In this document: piece after piece, positions 12,303 to 24,168 of the stretch
How the letters are laid out: the number at the start of each line of letters is the position of its first letter
Position numbering within the stretch: position 1 is the first letter of the stretch
NCBI GenBank assembly: GCA_951406725.2
Contig: OX597831.1
Span: 7,006,001 to 7,070,000, forward strand
Direction of reading: 5' to 3'
DNA: 64,000 nt
DNA from: Octopus vulgaris
Lineage: Eukaryota
The notes under the pieces: generated by a model
Database searches by the model: none
Told to the model about the DNA's origin: nothing
The model's input: the letters and a program-made list of their open reading frames with translations, nothing else
Position numbers and translations under genes: made by a program

Positions 12303-12760
12303 ATCATCATCATCATCATCGTTTAGCGTCCGCTTTCCATGCTAGCATGGGTTGGACGGGTCAACTGGGGGTCTGTGAAGCTGGAAGGCTTCGTCAGGCC
12401 CAGTCAGATCTGGCAGTGTTTCTACGGCTGGATGCCCTTCCTAACGCCAACCACTCCGCGAGTGTAGTGGGTGTTTTTTACGTGCCACCTGCACAGGTGC
12501 CAGACAGAGCTGGCAAACGGCCACGAACGGATGGTGCTTTTACGTGTCACCGGCACGGGGCCAGGCGATGCTGGCAACGGACACGAACGGATGGTGCTTT
12601 TACGTGTCACCGGCACGGGGGCCAGCCGAGGCTGGCAACGGACGCGAACGGATGGTGCTTTTACGTGCCACCGACACGGTTGCCAGACAGAGCTGGCAAA
12701 CGGCCACGAGCGGACAGTGCTTTTACGTGTCACCGGCACGGGGGCCAGCCGAGGCCACAT
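12303..12760 (-). mobile_element. High-copy (GAT)n-tailed retroposon (family B, RTE-type 3' end) with internal ~60-bp tandem units
   Basis: Shared core catcatcgtttaacgtccgctttccatgctagcatgggttggacg...ctacagctggatgcccttcctaacgccaaccactcc. At least 15 copies (~3235, 9955, 22195, 26095, 26585, 27290, 35400, 36975, 44903, 45560, 49895, 51062, 54198, 58105, 62085). Confidence 0.85.
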
Positions 12761-13916
12761 AATCTTACTGCCACATAATCTTGTTTGGCATTACCCAAAG
12801 ATACAATATGGTGCCATTGCCAGGATGTGAGCATGAAAGCCATTTAGAGACCCAATCATCATTTCTTTGATCAATGTAATTCTACCTCTTGTGGTAAAAT
12901 ATAATTATTTCCATCATCAATTATTGTTATTACATTTTAAATTATTTCTTGCTTCAATGCTTTGGAGTTGGCAGGAATCAAAGACTGATCGACTAAACTA
13001 CTTTACATTATTTCGTTTTATGTCTCTTGGTCATGAATTTATAGTTTGACGATTTGGTTTTGCCTTTTATCCTTTCACAGTCGATAAAACAAGCATTAAT
13101 CATGGAGTGGACTTGACTCGGTTCACTGCACTCTTTCCCAGCAAATTTTCGCTTGTGTTTCCATTCTTGGAAATCAGTTTATTGATTTTTGTCTTCTCTT
13201 CAGTGGCAAAACGACAGCAAATTGTATCACGCCAAACTGAGTGCCTTGCCATAGTTGAGTTACCATTAATGTATCTGAGGCAGTAAGCATTAATTAAACA
13301 CGTTAATTAGAAATGATTGTTGTGCAGTGGTGAAAATACTTTATTAGTCAACGACTAATATCATTTTAACTACTTTGTCAAATGGAGGAAGCAACTGAAA
13401 GAAGTTTCTGCCTCATCAGATGTCTTCTGTAAAACAGACTTTGCTGTACATGTTGAAATAACGATGCAGGACTCACTAATTAGTATTGTACTTTAATTGG
13501 CATAAATAATTCACAACAGTTTAGTGAATAAATGTCTCAGGGACGTCATCAGCATGAAACATAATAGTGAAATTAATATTTAATGCTGTGAGCATTTTAG
13601 TTTTGTCCCACTACATTTTGGGTTCAAATCTAGCTGGAATTGACTAAATTAAGTCCCAGTTCTGCTGGTAAACTGAATCTGTTGCCAGGTCCTTGTGTGC
13701 CTTAAGTCAAAGTGTCATGGCCATTATCCTTCCACTTTTGATTAAAATAAAGCAAAACAAATTTACAGAGGGAAGATTTTACCTATTTGGTCCTCTATTG
13801 CCATTATATAAGTGTGAAAAGTGGAAGAACTTTAAGGGACAGCATTATAGTGGAGTAGGGAGGAGAAAAAGGGATTAAAGAATAAAATATATATTCCTGA
13901 TGCTTAGGTATAAAAT

Positions 13917-16331
13917 CACTGGTCAACAAAATTAAACGTATTGTACTCATTATGGATGCAAACCAACTTTTTTAGACTAATTTTTCCTGCTGATTTCAAA
14001 ATTTTACTCCATTTATATGCAGCATGTATCAGTTTTTCAGTAGATACATGCAAATATTTACATGTTTGTTGATATGAAATCATTAACGTAATAAATAAGG
14101 AATATTATTTTTTGGAAATGTAAATGAGTTTATTTAGTTAAAAACCATCACTATCATTCTACAAAGAGTGAATACACAAAAAATGGTTCAGACAAAACTG
14201 ATTAAGTTAGAATGACAGAGTTAGAAACATTGTGATTTGGATTTCCTGCGGTGTTCCTGATCTGGTTGATCAAGGTAAAGCAACCAGCATACTGTCATTC
14301 CAGAAGCCTTGGTACCGTTTCTCCATAGCACTAATGTCCTGGTGAAATCTTTCACCATATTCATCAGACACTGCTCCAAGGTTATCTGCGAAGAAATCCA
14401 GATGGGAGTCCAAGAAGTGAACTTTCAGTGACATGAGACAACCCATTGCTGTGTAACATTTCAGAAGATTCTTGATGCCATCCTTGCCTTCTTGTTGCCC
14501 AAGAAATTCTCACAGATCCAGTTGAAAGCATTTCAGGCAGGCAGTTCCAGTTCATCCAGTGTTGCCTTGAAGTTGACATCTTTGAGTACTTCTCTAATTT
14601 GAGGTCTGATAAAGGTACACTCTTTCAACTTCGCCTGTATGATTTTAGGAAACATTTCTACAATAAACTCAAAAACCTCTGACATTTCTCTTCCCTAGTG
14701 TCTTTACAAACTGTTTCATCAGTCCAAGCTGTTATGTGAAAAGGAGGCAATAAGACATTACATGGATCTACAAGTGGTGTTTTCTTGATGCTAGACAGTC
14801 CTGGCTGGTATGAGGTTCTTGTCTGCCAGTTTGATTCTGAATAATGTCTGTCAGTTGCCTGACTATTCCATAGACACAAGAAACAACAATATTTTGTGAG
14901 ATCTGACTGCATTCCCATTAGCATTTCAATGACTTTTAAATCTCTGCATATTTTCCATGAGTATCCTTCATAGGCATGAAGTTAAAGTTCCATATTCTCA
15001 TATGATTCATGAAGATGAATGGAGTGTGCAATAGGAATGGAGGGCTTCAAATTACCATTATGGAGAAGTACAGCTTTTAAACTTCGTTTTGAAGAATCAA
15101 TAAACAAATGCCACTCTACAGGATTATGATTTTGTGATAAACATTCAAAAAGTCCATTGATGTTACTGTAAATGCAAAACGGGTCTTCAACAGAAAAACG
15201 CGTTTGTAGAACCACATTTCTCTGCTGAAAATAAGTCATACGAACACCGTGCTCTAGCGGATATTTCTCCTTCAGTCTTGATGCCAACAGTTCTGCTTTA
15301 TCTTTTGAGAGGGATAGGTCTCTGACAAGGTCATTCAGTTCAGCTTGGGAAAATTTCTGAGATTCAAAGCTATTGTCATCAGCCACATAATCTTCCTCAG
15401 CAGCACTATCGTGACAGTCAGCGTCATCATCTGATGGAACTGGAATTTGCAGACTTCCATTGTGAGGCACAGGTCTCATTGCAGAATCCAAATTGGGAGA
15501 CACAATTTTGTGTTTATTCTTCATAGAAATTCCTGTGACATTTACTTTGCAAAAATAACAGTCATTAAAATGGTCTTTCGGCTTCCTCCATATCATTGGA
15601 AGGGCAAAAGGCATGGACTTCTTCTTCTTATTGAACCAGTCACGTAAGTCATTTGAGAAATCTGAGCAGATAAAATGTGGTTCCCATGACTTGTCCTGAT
15701 CTCCAAGAAGACAGTCAAAGTATAGCTTATAAATCTTCTTGATCTCTGGTGTTTACAACAGGACAATTTGAGATGTTGAAATACCTATTTCATCCGAGAA
15801 AACTTGATTGGTTAATTTAAGATGATGAAATATTGCATCTGAACTATGCAGCAATGAATAATGTTTATTTTAGAGGTGTGTTTCCATGATATAAATGAAA
15901 TACATACATACACATCATTAATTGGAATTTCGACATAATGAATGAGCTAAAACCAAAAAACTTTTCCATCTTGAAAACTGTGAGTGATGTGAAAAACTAA
16001 TTGTATATTTAAAATCAGCATCAAAAGCTATACCTATTTCTTTACTACCCACAAGGGGCTAAACACAGAGAGGACAAACAAGGACAGACAAACGGATTAT
16101 GTCGATTACATCGACCCGAGAGCGTAACTGGTACTTATTTAATCGACCCCAAAAGGATGAAAGGCAAAGTCGACCTTGGCGGAATTTGAATTCAGAACGT
16201 AGCGGCAGACGAAATATCACTAAGCATTTTGCCTGGCACGATAACATCTCTGCCAGCTCATCGCCTTCGGCATCAAAAGCTATACCACGTACATCTTAAC
16301 ATGCTTGATGAAAAATACTTGTTGACCAGTG
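13917..16331 (-). mobile_element. Decayed Chapaev3-like (CMC superfamily) DNA transposon with disrupted transposase
   Basis: 13-bp TIRs CACTGGTCAACAA...TTGTTGACCAGTG. Minus-strand fragments PMIWRKPKDHFNDCYFC, WHLFIDSSKRSLKAVLLHNGN and TKYCCFLCLWNS are broken by stops and frameshifts. Confidence 0.8.
16035..16269 (-). mobile_element. tRNA-derived SINE (family C) nested in the Chapaev3-like element
   Basis: 17-bp TSD GCATCAAAAGCTATACC (16018-16034 and 16270-16286). Same family at ~17089-17320, 42869-43101, 49543-49773, 51655-51750, 18530-18735 (+), with older copies near 5605, 31640, 57715 and 59160. Confidence 0.85.
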
Positions 16332-16436
16332 AAAGTGGTGTTGGTGATGGTAGGTGACATATTTAGGATCACATTATAAAAGAGTAGATATGGTAAATAT
16401 ATTGTTAGATAAATAAAATTAATGCTCCTGTTGCAG

Positions 16437-16731
16437 GTGTCTGCAGAAACGGAAGAATACGGTTTTGGTTTTTGGCCGTGGGACATCATCTTCATTTATA
16501 CAGAGCTTCTTGGTGATGTTCTTCTAAATGGAAGTACTTCACACATTCAGAAGAGGGCACTTATGGGAGATAACTGCAAACTAATGGAGGAGCCTTGCTA
16601 CAATAGACAGCAACAATTTCAACTCAAATCAGATTTAAACTTCCAAATTGACACCATTCATAATTTGTGTGGTGTCAGCCTGCTTCAACTCACTCACTTC
16701 AAATCTCCACATGAGATGTCTATGGAATCCG
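16437..16731 (+). CDS. TMEM232: TMEM232-like exon (VSAETEEYGFGFWPWDIIFIYTELLGDVLLNGSTSHIQKRALMG...SMES)
   Basis: ttgcag| acceptor, G|gtaaac donor, 295 nt, phase 0->1. WPW..Y..LL..I.L.G....IQK.AL.G pattern. Confidence 0.82.
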
Positions 16732-17439
16732 GTAAACTGATGACTTTCTTGGTTTCAAAAAATGTTTTTATTTTATTTTAGACATTTGTACCAACAAATA
16801 AATATTACTGTTTAGGAATATTTCAGAAGAAACTTGAACTTGTTATATCACTGTATTTAACTTGTCTCCTCAGTGTGTGTGTGTGTGTGTGTGTGTGCAA
16901 TCACCTGATTAAGCCAATCACCTGATTACTCCATTCAGTGGACCCAGACTGCATCTTTCAGTTTGTTTTATTATCAAAGACAGTAGGGTGTGATTATGAG
17001 GCAATATGGCTGTTATTTCTACCACTTAGAGCCACTTCTTTGGGTTGTAAGAACTCTCAGTTGAGTCATAATGAAAATATAATATATATATTTCTTTACT
17101 ACCCACAAGGGGCTAAACACAGAGGGGACAAACAAGGACAGACAAAGGGATTAAATCGATTACATCGATCCCAGTGCGTAACTGGTACTTTATTTATCGA
17201 CCCCGAAAGGATGAAAGGTAAAGTCGACCTCGGCGGAATTTGAACTCAGACCGTAACGACTGACGAAATACGGCTACGCATTTCGCCCGGCGTGCTAACG
17301 TTTCTGCCAGCTCGCCGCCTATAATATATAGATGGAGAAATAACAAAAAGCTGATGGTAATAATTAAGCCTCATGCTTTTTGTCCCACCCTGAAGCTCAG
17401 CTAATATGGGAAGCAGTAAAGCGAATAGTCTTATTATTA

Positions 17440-17812
17440 TCTCTATATATATAAATGGCAAAATGTCTGTCTGTGTGTGTGTGTGTCCTTTATACAAATC
17501 CACAATTTTTCAGTTAGAGGGCTCGCACTTTCTATGGTCATTCAAAACCGTCCAAGGGTGGTCGTGCACATCTTTACATTTCCCCAGTCACCCCACAAAG
17601 CCATTAAAAAAATCAATAGAAGTGACTTTTTTGTGAATTTTCTATCCGAAACCCAATCAAAATGCCTGAAACTTGATACGCCAATTGAATGCCAGCTAGC
17701 TGTATGTGATTGGTCGGAGATTTGGACAGTACTCGCGTGTATGTGTGCACGCACGTAGCTGTATATGCATGCACTAACACTGTGACCCAGCATTGCCGGG
17801 TCACAGTGCTAG
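17440..17812 (+). mobile_element. Non-autonomous Helitron, family 2
   Basis: Near-identical to 7029-7415, with hairpin ctgtgacccagc-att-gccgggtcacag and CTAG|T end. Confidence 0.8.
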
Positions 17813-17856
17813 TTATTATCATTATTATTATAATACTTCTTTCTTATATCTCTTAG

Positions 17857-18041
17857 CAGATGAAGACAACTGGAACTGGAGAATACGTCTTGGAGCAATT
17901 CAGGCTCTGATGAGGGTCTACTATTGTTTGTTAGAGGAACCAACCAGAGAGGTCTTGTTAACAACGTTATGGACTATTCTGCTGCAGGTGAACCAGACTG
18001 AACGGAATCCTTGTGTTTTGGAAGCGCTACATTCTAACTTT
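17857..18041 (+). CDS. TMEM232: TMEM232-like exon (ADEDNWNWRIRLGAIQALMRVY...ERNPCVLEALHSNF)
   Basis: Tandem acceptor tcttag|cag|, TTT|gtacgt donor, phase 1->0. HEAT-like WRIR.GAIQAL motif. Confidence 0.85.
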
Positions 18042-19277
18042 GTACGTTACCCTCATTTAGAATTTTTCTTCTTCTACAGAATTAGGGTAATGCACCACTC
18101 TGAAAGTAACACATCTGTTGTTAGCTAATGATCCTTAGAGGAAGTACTCAATACAAGCGTAAAGTAGAGTTGCTTATTTAGTCTGGTTGAGTTGCCTGTC
18201 ACACTGGAGTTGCTTCTTTGGATAAGTCAGCCTGGGTCATTCTGACTTCTCGGAGGAAGCAGTTACCCACTTTGGAAACTCCAGAGTAACTGACCATTGG
18301 ACTATTTAAATAGACTCTGTGTGTGTATGTGTGTGCGTGTGTTGTGGCTATAAGAATTGTGTAAACAAGAAGGGAAAAATGAGTATTCAATGATGATGAT
18401 CATCATTTAATATCTGCTCTCCATGCTGGCATGGGTTGGACAGTTTGACATGGAGCTGTCCAGAGTCCAATTGTCTGTTGTGACATAATGTCTATGGCTG
18501 GATGCCCTTCCTAATGCCAACCACTTAACAGAATCGTTAGCATGCCGGGCGAAATGCTTAGCAGTATTTCGTCTGCTGTTACGTTCTGAGTTCAAATTTC
18601 GCCGAGGTCGACTTTGCCTTTCCTCCTTTCAGGGTCGATAAATTAAGTACCAGTTACGCACTGGGGTCGATATAATCGACTTAATCTCTTTGTCTGTCCC
18701 CTCTATGTTTAGCCTTGTGGGCAATAAAGAAATGAGAATGTGCTGGATGTTTTTTACATGCTGTTGGCCTGGGTGCTTTTTATGTGGCATCGGCACCCTA
18801 AAGGACAAACCTGTATGTGGGGTAGACAGTGATTTTACTTAGCCTGATGTGTCTTATCAAGTACAGCAAACTTCCACAAGCCCCCCCTGTCCCTTGTCAT
18901 TTCCTCAGTGAGTTAGCTGTAACTATGTTCCATACAACAGTCAGCCGAATGTTGCAAACAAACACAGGAGAAAGGATGAAGATGGCGTTATGCATTGTTT
19001 ATACCTGTCGTGTGTTTAAGAGACACCCAACACACACGCATGTATGTTATATGTATGTCAATTTTATTCTCTTTTGGAGTAACCCTAACCCTGTGGTTGA
19101 AGAAGGTTGTTTCCCAACCACAAAGTTTTGAATTCTGTCCCACTTTGTGGCACTTTGGGCAAATGTCTTGTACCATGGCCCCAGGCCAACCATAGTTTTG
19201 TGAGTGGATTTGCTAAATGGAAACTAACAAAAGACTGTTAGGTGTGTGTGTATGTGTATATATATATATATATATAC

Positions 19278-19355
19278 ACATGAGGTAGTATAGTTAGGAT
19301 GCCAACCAGACCAAAATTTTGGTCTGGTTGGCATCCTAACTACACTACCTCATGT
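19278..19355. repeat. 78-bp loopless palindrome (39-bp arms, one mismatch)
   Basis: acatgaggtagtatagttaggatgccaaccagaccaaaa|ttttggtctggttggcatcctaactacactacctcatgt. Confidence 0.95.
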
Positions 19356-19571
19356 TCCTGAAATTCATATCTACATCTTTATCTGTATATTTACCTTCCC
19401 TAAGATGTTACTAATTGATCTGAGAACTTTATATTATTGGAAAACCTATATAAAATTAGCTGAAGATTACTTGACATATTATATCTGCTGTAATATTTAC
19501 AGCTTTTAATAAAATGTTGTAGTATGAAACAATTGTACTAAATTACCGGATTCATTCTTGTTGCTTATTTT

Positions 19572-19610
<39 letters not shown>

Positions 19611-19614
<4 letters not shown>

Positions 19615-20013
19615 AGGAGTGACTGTGTGGTAAGTAGCTTACTAACCAACCACATGGTTCCGGGTTCAGTCCCACTGCGTGGCATCTTTGGCAAGTGTCT
19701 TCTGCTATAGCCCCGGGCCGACCAATGCCTTGTGAGTGGATTTGGTAGACGGAAACTGAAAAAAGCCTGTCGTATATATGTATATATATGTGGGTGTGTG
19801 TGTGTATGTTTGTGTGTCTGTGTTTGTCCCCCTAGCATTGCTTGACAACTGATGCTGGTGTGTCTATGTCCCCGTCACTTAGCGGTTCGACAAAAGAGAC
19901 CGATAGAATAAGTACTGGGCTTACAAAGAATAAGTCCCGGGGTCGATTTGCTCGACTAAAAGGCGGTGCTCCAGCATGGCTGCAGTCAAATGACTGAAGA
20001 AACCAGTAAAAGA

Positions 20014-20015
<2 letters not shown>
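19611..20015 (+). mobile_element. tRNA-derived SINE (family A), inserted in a (TA)n tract
   Basis: Colinear with 11233-11632 and flanked by long (TA)n on both sides. Confidence 0.85.
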
Positions 20016-20077
<62 letters not shown>

Positions 20078-20358
20078 CTGTAAATGTAATACTGATTATT
20101 TTCTGGTGGTCTAATACTTAAGAAGTTATACAAACAGGATTGATATGAAATAGAAATGGTAAAATAAGGAAGATGTCCATTCTGGGAGTCAGGTTGGTGC
20201 CTTGATCTATTCCTGTGGAAATTCTTTGCCCCAGTCACACACCTGACTCCAAGAATGGTTGATTTTTTTTCTCCCTTTTTTTTGAGTTGTTTGCTTTGAA
20301 TTGATTTTGTCTTCATTTCTGTTGTTGATTCTCTTTGACTATTCTTCGTGTGTTGCAG

Positions 20359-20609
20359 TTTTATTCTACGAGGAAGACGGCCATGTCTTTTAGGCAGACT
20401 TCACTCCATAACTTCATGTCACACATGGCTGACAACTTGGTCGAGATTTATTTACTAGAATCATGTGGCAGCAAGGAACAGCAGAAAGAACAAGAACAAC
20501 ATCAGCAACGACAACAACAACAAATCACAAACAGAAACAGTTTGACCCAGAAATTAAATGAGAGCAAATTATCAATATTTGATCAAAGGAAATCCATTTT
20601 TCCTCCGAG
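20359..20609 (+). CDS. TMEM232: TMEM232-like exon (FYSTRKTAMSF...QQQQ...SIFPPR)
   Basis: tgttgcag| acceptor, AG|gtgaaa donor, phase 0->2. Lies inside ORF 20335..20613. Confidence 0.72.
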
Positions 20610-21881
20610 GTGAAACTATAAATATTTTCATGCATTTGAAGTTTTACTTTAATGAGTTTTGTACAGCATGTTGAAATAAGCTCATTAGAGCTGATCTCAG
20701 AGCACCATTTAATAACCATGTTGCCATGGCAATAGTTCTAAGTAAAGCAGGGAGCGTAGGAAGTAATTAGAACTTTAATGAAGATGGTAGAACATGAAGA
20801 CCTGCAATTGATCTGCTGTGGTTTAGACCCAGGTCAACCTAGAAAAAAACAGACCAGAGATCGAAAGTTATTCTGGCCATGGCAATCCTTGCCTTTCATT
20901 TCTGTCATCATGCATCTCGGACTATATAATTTCAATGTGCTCTTTTTTAAAGATTGTTGGATGTGATTTAAGGGAGATTTGGGTGCTGTTTCTAGGAGGC
21001 TGAGCATAAAGGTTCTTCATTGGTTCATATGACTGCTGTTAACTTGACTTATGATGTCCCCCAATGGATTATCCTCAATGGCTTATCCCCAATGGATTAT
21101 CCTCATCCAGTTTTCTAGACATGATTTTATTCATTGTGGGATTTAGTTGATCCAACACAGATCTGACATTTACTGCAAAGAAATTTTGCCTTTTACCATT
21201 TCTGGGTCGATAAAAAGGTACCAACGTAGATTTGTAGACCAGCAGAACTGTAAGAAGGAATCAGATGTCTTGTGGTATTTATTCCAGTTCTTTGTGTTTT
21301 CTCAATTGAAATCCTACCATGACCTTCCTGGATGAGGATGACTTTAGCAGAATCTGACCTGTTGCAGCTATCAAAAGATCCAGTCTTTGTTGTTGTGTGA
21401 TGGCTTGTATGACCCTGAGAGCTTTGCCAGGGCCTCCCATGCTGGACAGGTCAAAGAATAGAGGCCAGACTAATATGGATCATCTCTCCCCAGAAGTAAA
21501 AATGGGTTTGTGTGTCCCCCCCCCCCAAAACGCTGAGTTATAGAAGATCAATAGTAATGCAAAACGAGGACCTGGGAGAGGAAGGGTTTCTCCTCAGGGA
21601 TAAGTTAGATTCTGACCTGATCCACAAGGGAGGTGGAAGGGAGGATGCCCTAAAAATAGCTGGAAATGGAATGCAGAAGTAGAACTGCAAAAGCAGGGAC
21701 CCAACTGGAGAACAGCCGAAAAACAGATCAGAGTTGGGAGGAGTGGAGACGGGTGACGAATGGCCTCTGTTCCGTAGACAGGGAAGGGCATAAGTAACTC
21801 TGTTGCAAGGATTGAGGCCAAGTCTTGGGGGCAAAAAAGGGGCCATGTGCCTTCTCTCTTGATTAAAAGATGTGTGTGTGT

Positions 21882-22185
21882 ATACAAGGTGCACTTCAGA
21901 AGTTTTCAGACTTATTCAGGAGAGAGAGAGTTATGAATTTCAAAGAAGTACAAACTCTAATCTTCAAAGTAGGATACTTTGACTTCAGTGCACTTGTTGT
22001 AGCACTCTGGCTATTTCATGAAAGTTCTCCAAAGTGAAGTGGGGGGTCCAGGACGCTTATCACAGCCTCCTTCAACTTCAAAATGACTGCCTCTTAGGTT
22101 CTCCACGGGGCCATGGGGAACAGCCAAAAGTCACTAGGGGCAAGGTCTGAACTCTAGAGAGGGTAAGGAACAGTTTTGATGGCCT
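21882..22185 (-). mobile_element. Mariner-type transposase C-terminal relic
   Basis: Minus strand reads SDLAPSDFWLFP ... YNKCTEVKVSYFE, matching the mariner SPDLAP.D..LF and C.....G.YFE motifs. Confidence 0.7.
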
Positions 22186-22689
22186 TACCAACCAAGTGTG
22201 GGCGCTGCCAGCCTCCCCTGGCACCTGTGCCAGTGGCACGTAAAAAGCACCCACTACACTCACGGATTGGTTGGCGTTAGGAAGGGCATCCAGCTGTAGA
22301 AACATTGCCAGATCAGACTGGAGCCTGGTGCAGCCTCCTGGCTTCCCAGACCCCGGTCGAATCGTCCAACCCATGCTAGCACTGAAAATGGACGTTAAAC
22401 GATGATGATGATGATGAATATATATATAACTGAAATGGTATAGACAAAAGCTTTATGCTACATTAGGAGGTGGGGTGACCCAAAGAAAAGAGAAACTGAG
22501 GAAAACCTGGGAAGGAATGAAGTGTCAGGATGCTGTGTCGAAGAGAAAAGATGACAACAAACTGCAGCCATTGGTGGTTTGCAGTATGGTTGGCCTGTGT
22601 AATGGAATCTGTGTCAGAATGGAGAGGAGAGAGGTTCAAACCAAGGATGAAGACGATGAATGTGAAAGTTGTTATTTGTCTAACATTAT

Positions 22690-23078
22690 TCTCTTTTACT
22701 TATTTCAGTCATTTGACTGTGGCCATGCTGGAGCATTGCCTTTAGTTGAGCAAATCAACCCCAGACTTATTCATTGTAAGCCTAGTACTTATTCTATCGG
22801 TCTCTTTTGCTGAACCGCTAAGTTACAGGGACATAAACACGCCAGCATCGGTTGTCAAATGATGTTGGGGGAGGGGCAAACAGACACACACACACACACA
22901 TATATACATATATATGTCGGGCTTCTTTCAGTTTCCGTCTACCAAATCCACTCACAAGGCTTTGGTCGGCCCAAGGCTATAGTAGAAGACACTTGCCCAA
23001 GGTGCCACGCAGTGGAACTGAACCCGGAACCATGTGGTTTGTAAGCAAGCTACTTACCACACAGCCACCCCTATGCCT
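22690..23078 (-). mobile_element. tRNA-derived SINE (family A)
   Basis: Reverse complement of 11233-11632. Confidence 0.85.
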
Positions 23079-23090
23079 ATATTATAAGAG

Positions 23091-23244
23091 AAAGTTATCA
23101 GAGCTAGAGGAGGAATATACGGTAGATATTCGTGACACAAAGATTTTCAATTATTTTAACAGAAGGAAAAATGTCCAGACACGACGTTTCCAAAGTTACA
23201 GAACAAGAACATCTTTGAATTTACAAGAAGTCATAAAAGATCAG
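23091..23244 (+). CDS. TMEM232: TMEM232-like penultimate exon (KLSELEEEYTVD...YRTRTSLNLQEVIKDQ), 5' boundary uncertain
   Basis: CAG|gtaatt donor. Y.TRTSL.L..V..DQ joins WNKE of the next exon. The in-phase acceptor is an atypical taagag| next to a SINE. Confidence 0.65.
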
Positions 23245-23750
23245 GTAATTTCATTAAATTCTTAAAAACATTAAAAAACACAAAGGTTATTTATTTACAC
23301 CTGAAGCAGCTGGTATTAAACTAATAAAATCTTTAACCAGGTTCCTTGTATTTTAACTCGTCAGATTTTCAGTAAATTAGTATTATCTTGTTAAAGTTAG
23401 TGTTAATGTATTTAATGCAAGAAGCATTAAAACAATAATTAGAAATACTTATATGGTAAAAATATTTCAATTATTTTGGCAAACATGGGAGACTACTCTG
23501 AGCATGTCTTGGTCTTATTATGACCTCATCAGTGAAATATAAACTTCACTATGCTTGCTGAGGTAGTGATGAGGGCATCTTTGATTGCTGGCACATCAAG
23601 TGGGGTTCCAAGTTGTAATTCTTGTAGGGTAAACTTAAACTCTTGGAGAATTAAAAGTGAGAAACTAGGAATACAATGTGGTTTAAAATTTGTGGTCAGT
23701 TTAACACCACCACCACCTTCCGACCCATAAATGTTTTTAGCAGAGTCCAC

Positions 23751-24168
23751 GGATCTTTTCGGTTTGAACGGCAGTTTTTTAAAATAATTTCTACATAACT
23801 AAACACTTTTAGACTTCGTATACTGGTAGAATGTATTTATAAAACATCTTTTTCTCTTGGCTTTATTGAGAAAATTCTATGGTTTGTAAGATATTTGTTG
23901 TTTTTTTTTCTTCAATTTTTGAAATTTCAACCAATTAATGACATCTATTGAGGTGAAAACATTCTGTGCTATATGAATATGTCCCTTGTTTAAGAAACAG
24001 ATTGAGTTTATTTACATTTCTGAAGAAAAAAAGATACCCTTTCCCCCACCCCTAACTCTAACCCTAAAACAAATTGAAATGCAATAGATCGATACTAGGG
24101 TCATAATTATGGGTGACAATTTCATATGACACCGCTAGAAAAAACTGCCGTTCAAACCGAAAAGATCC
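23751..24168. mobile_element. MITE, Merlin-like (GG...CC termini, 8-bp TSD)
   Basis: 30-bp perfect TIR GGATCTTTTCGGTTTGAACGGCAGTTTTTT and TSD GAGTCCAC (23743-23750, 24169-24176). Confidence 0.88.

Noticed and set aside
12347-12830. Overlapping 112-143 aa ORFs with repeated peptides, and a spaced-repeat look reminiscent of CRISPR
   Set aside because: These are translations of tandem units inside a high-copy retroposon. Spacers are not unique, the context is eukaryotic and there are no cas genes.
13204-13282. Exon-like segment (cttcag|TGGCAA...GGCA|gtaagc) in a TMEM232-like intron
   Set aside because: Its only open frame is phase 1->2, but the flanking exons need phase 0->0. The required frame stops at TAG. 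At most a poison or cryptic exon.
21057-21105. Short tandem duplications (also ~16898-16929, 53802-53836, 63268-63315)
   Set aside because: These 14-20 bp local duplications are ordinary slippage or repair products.
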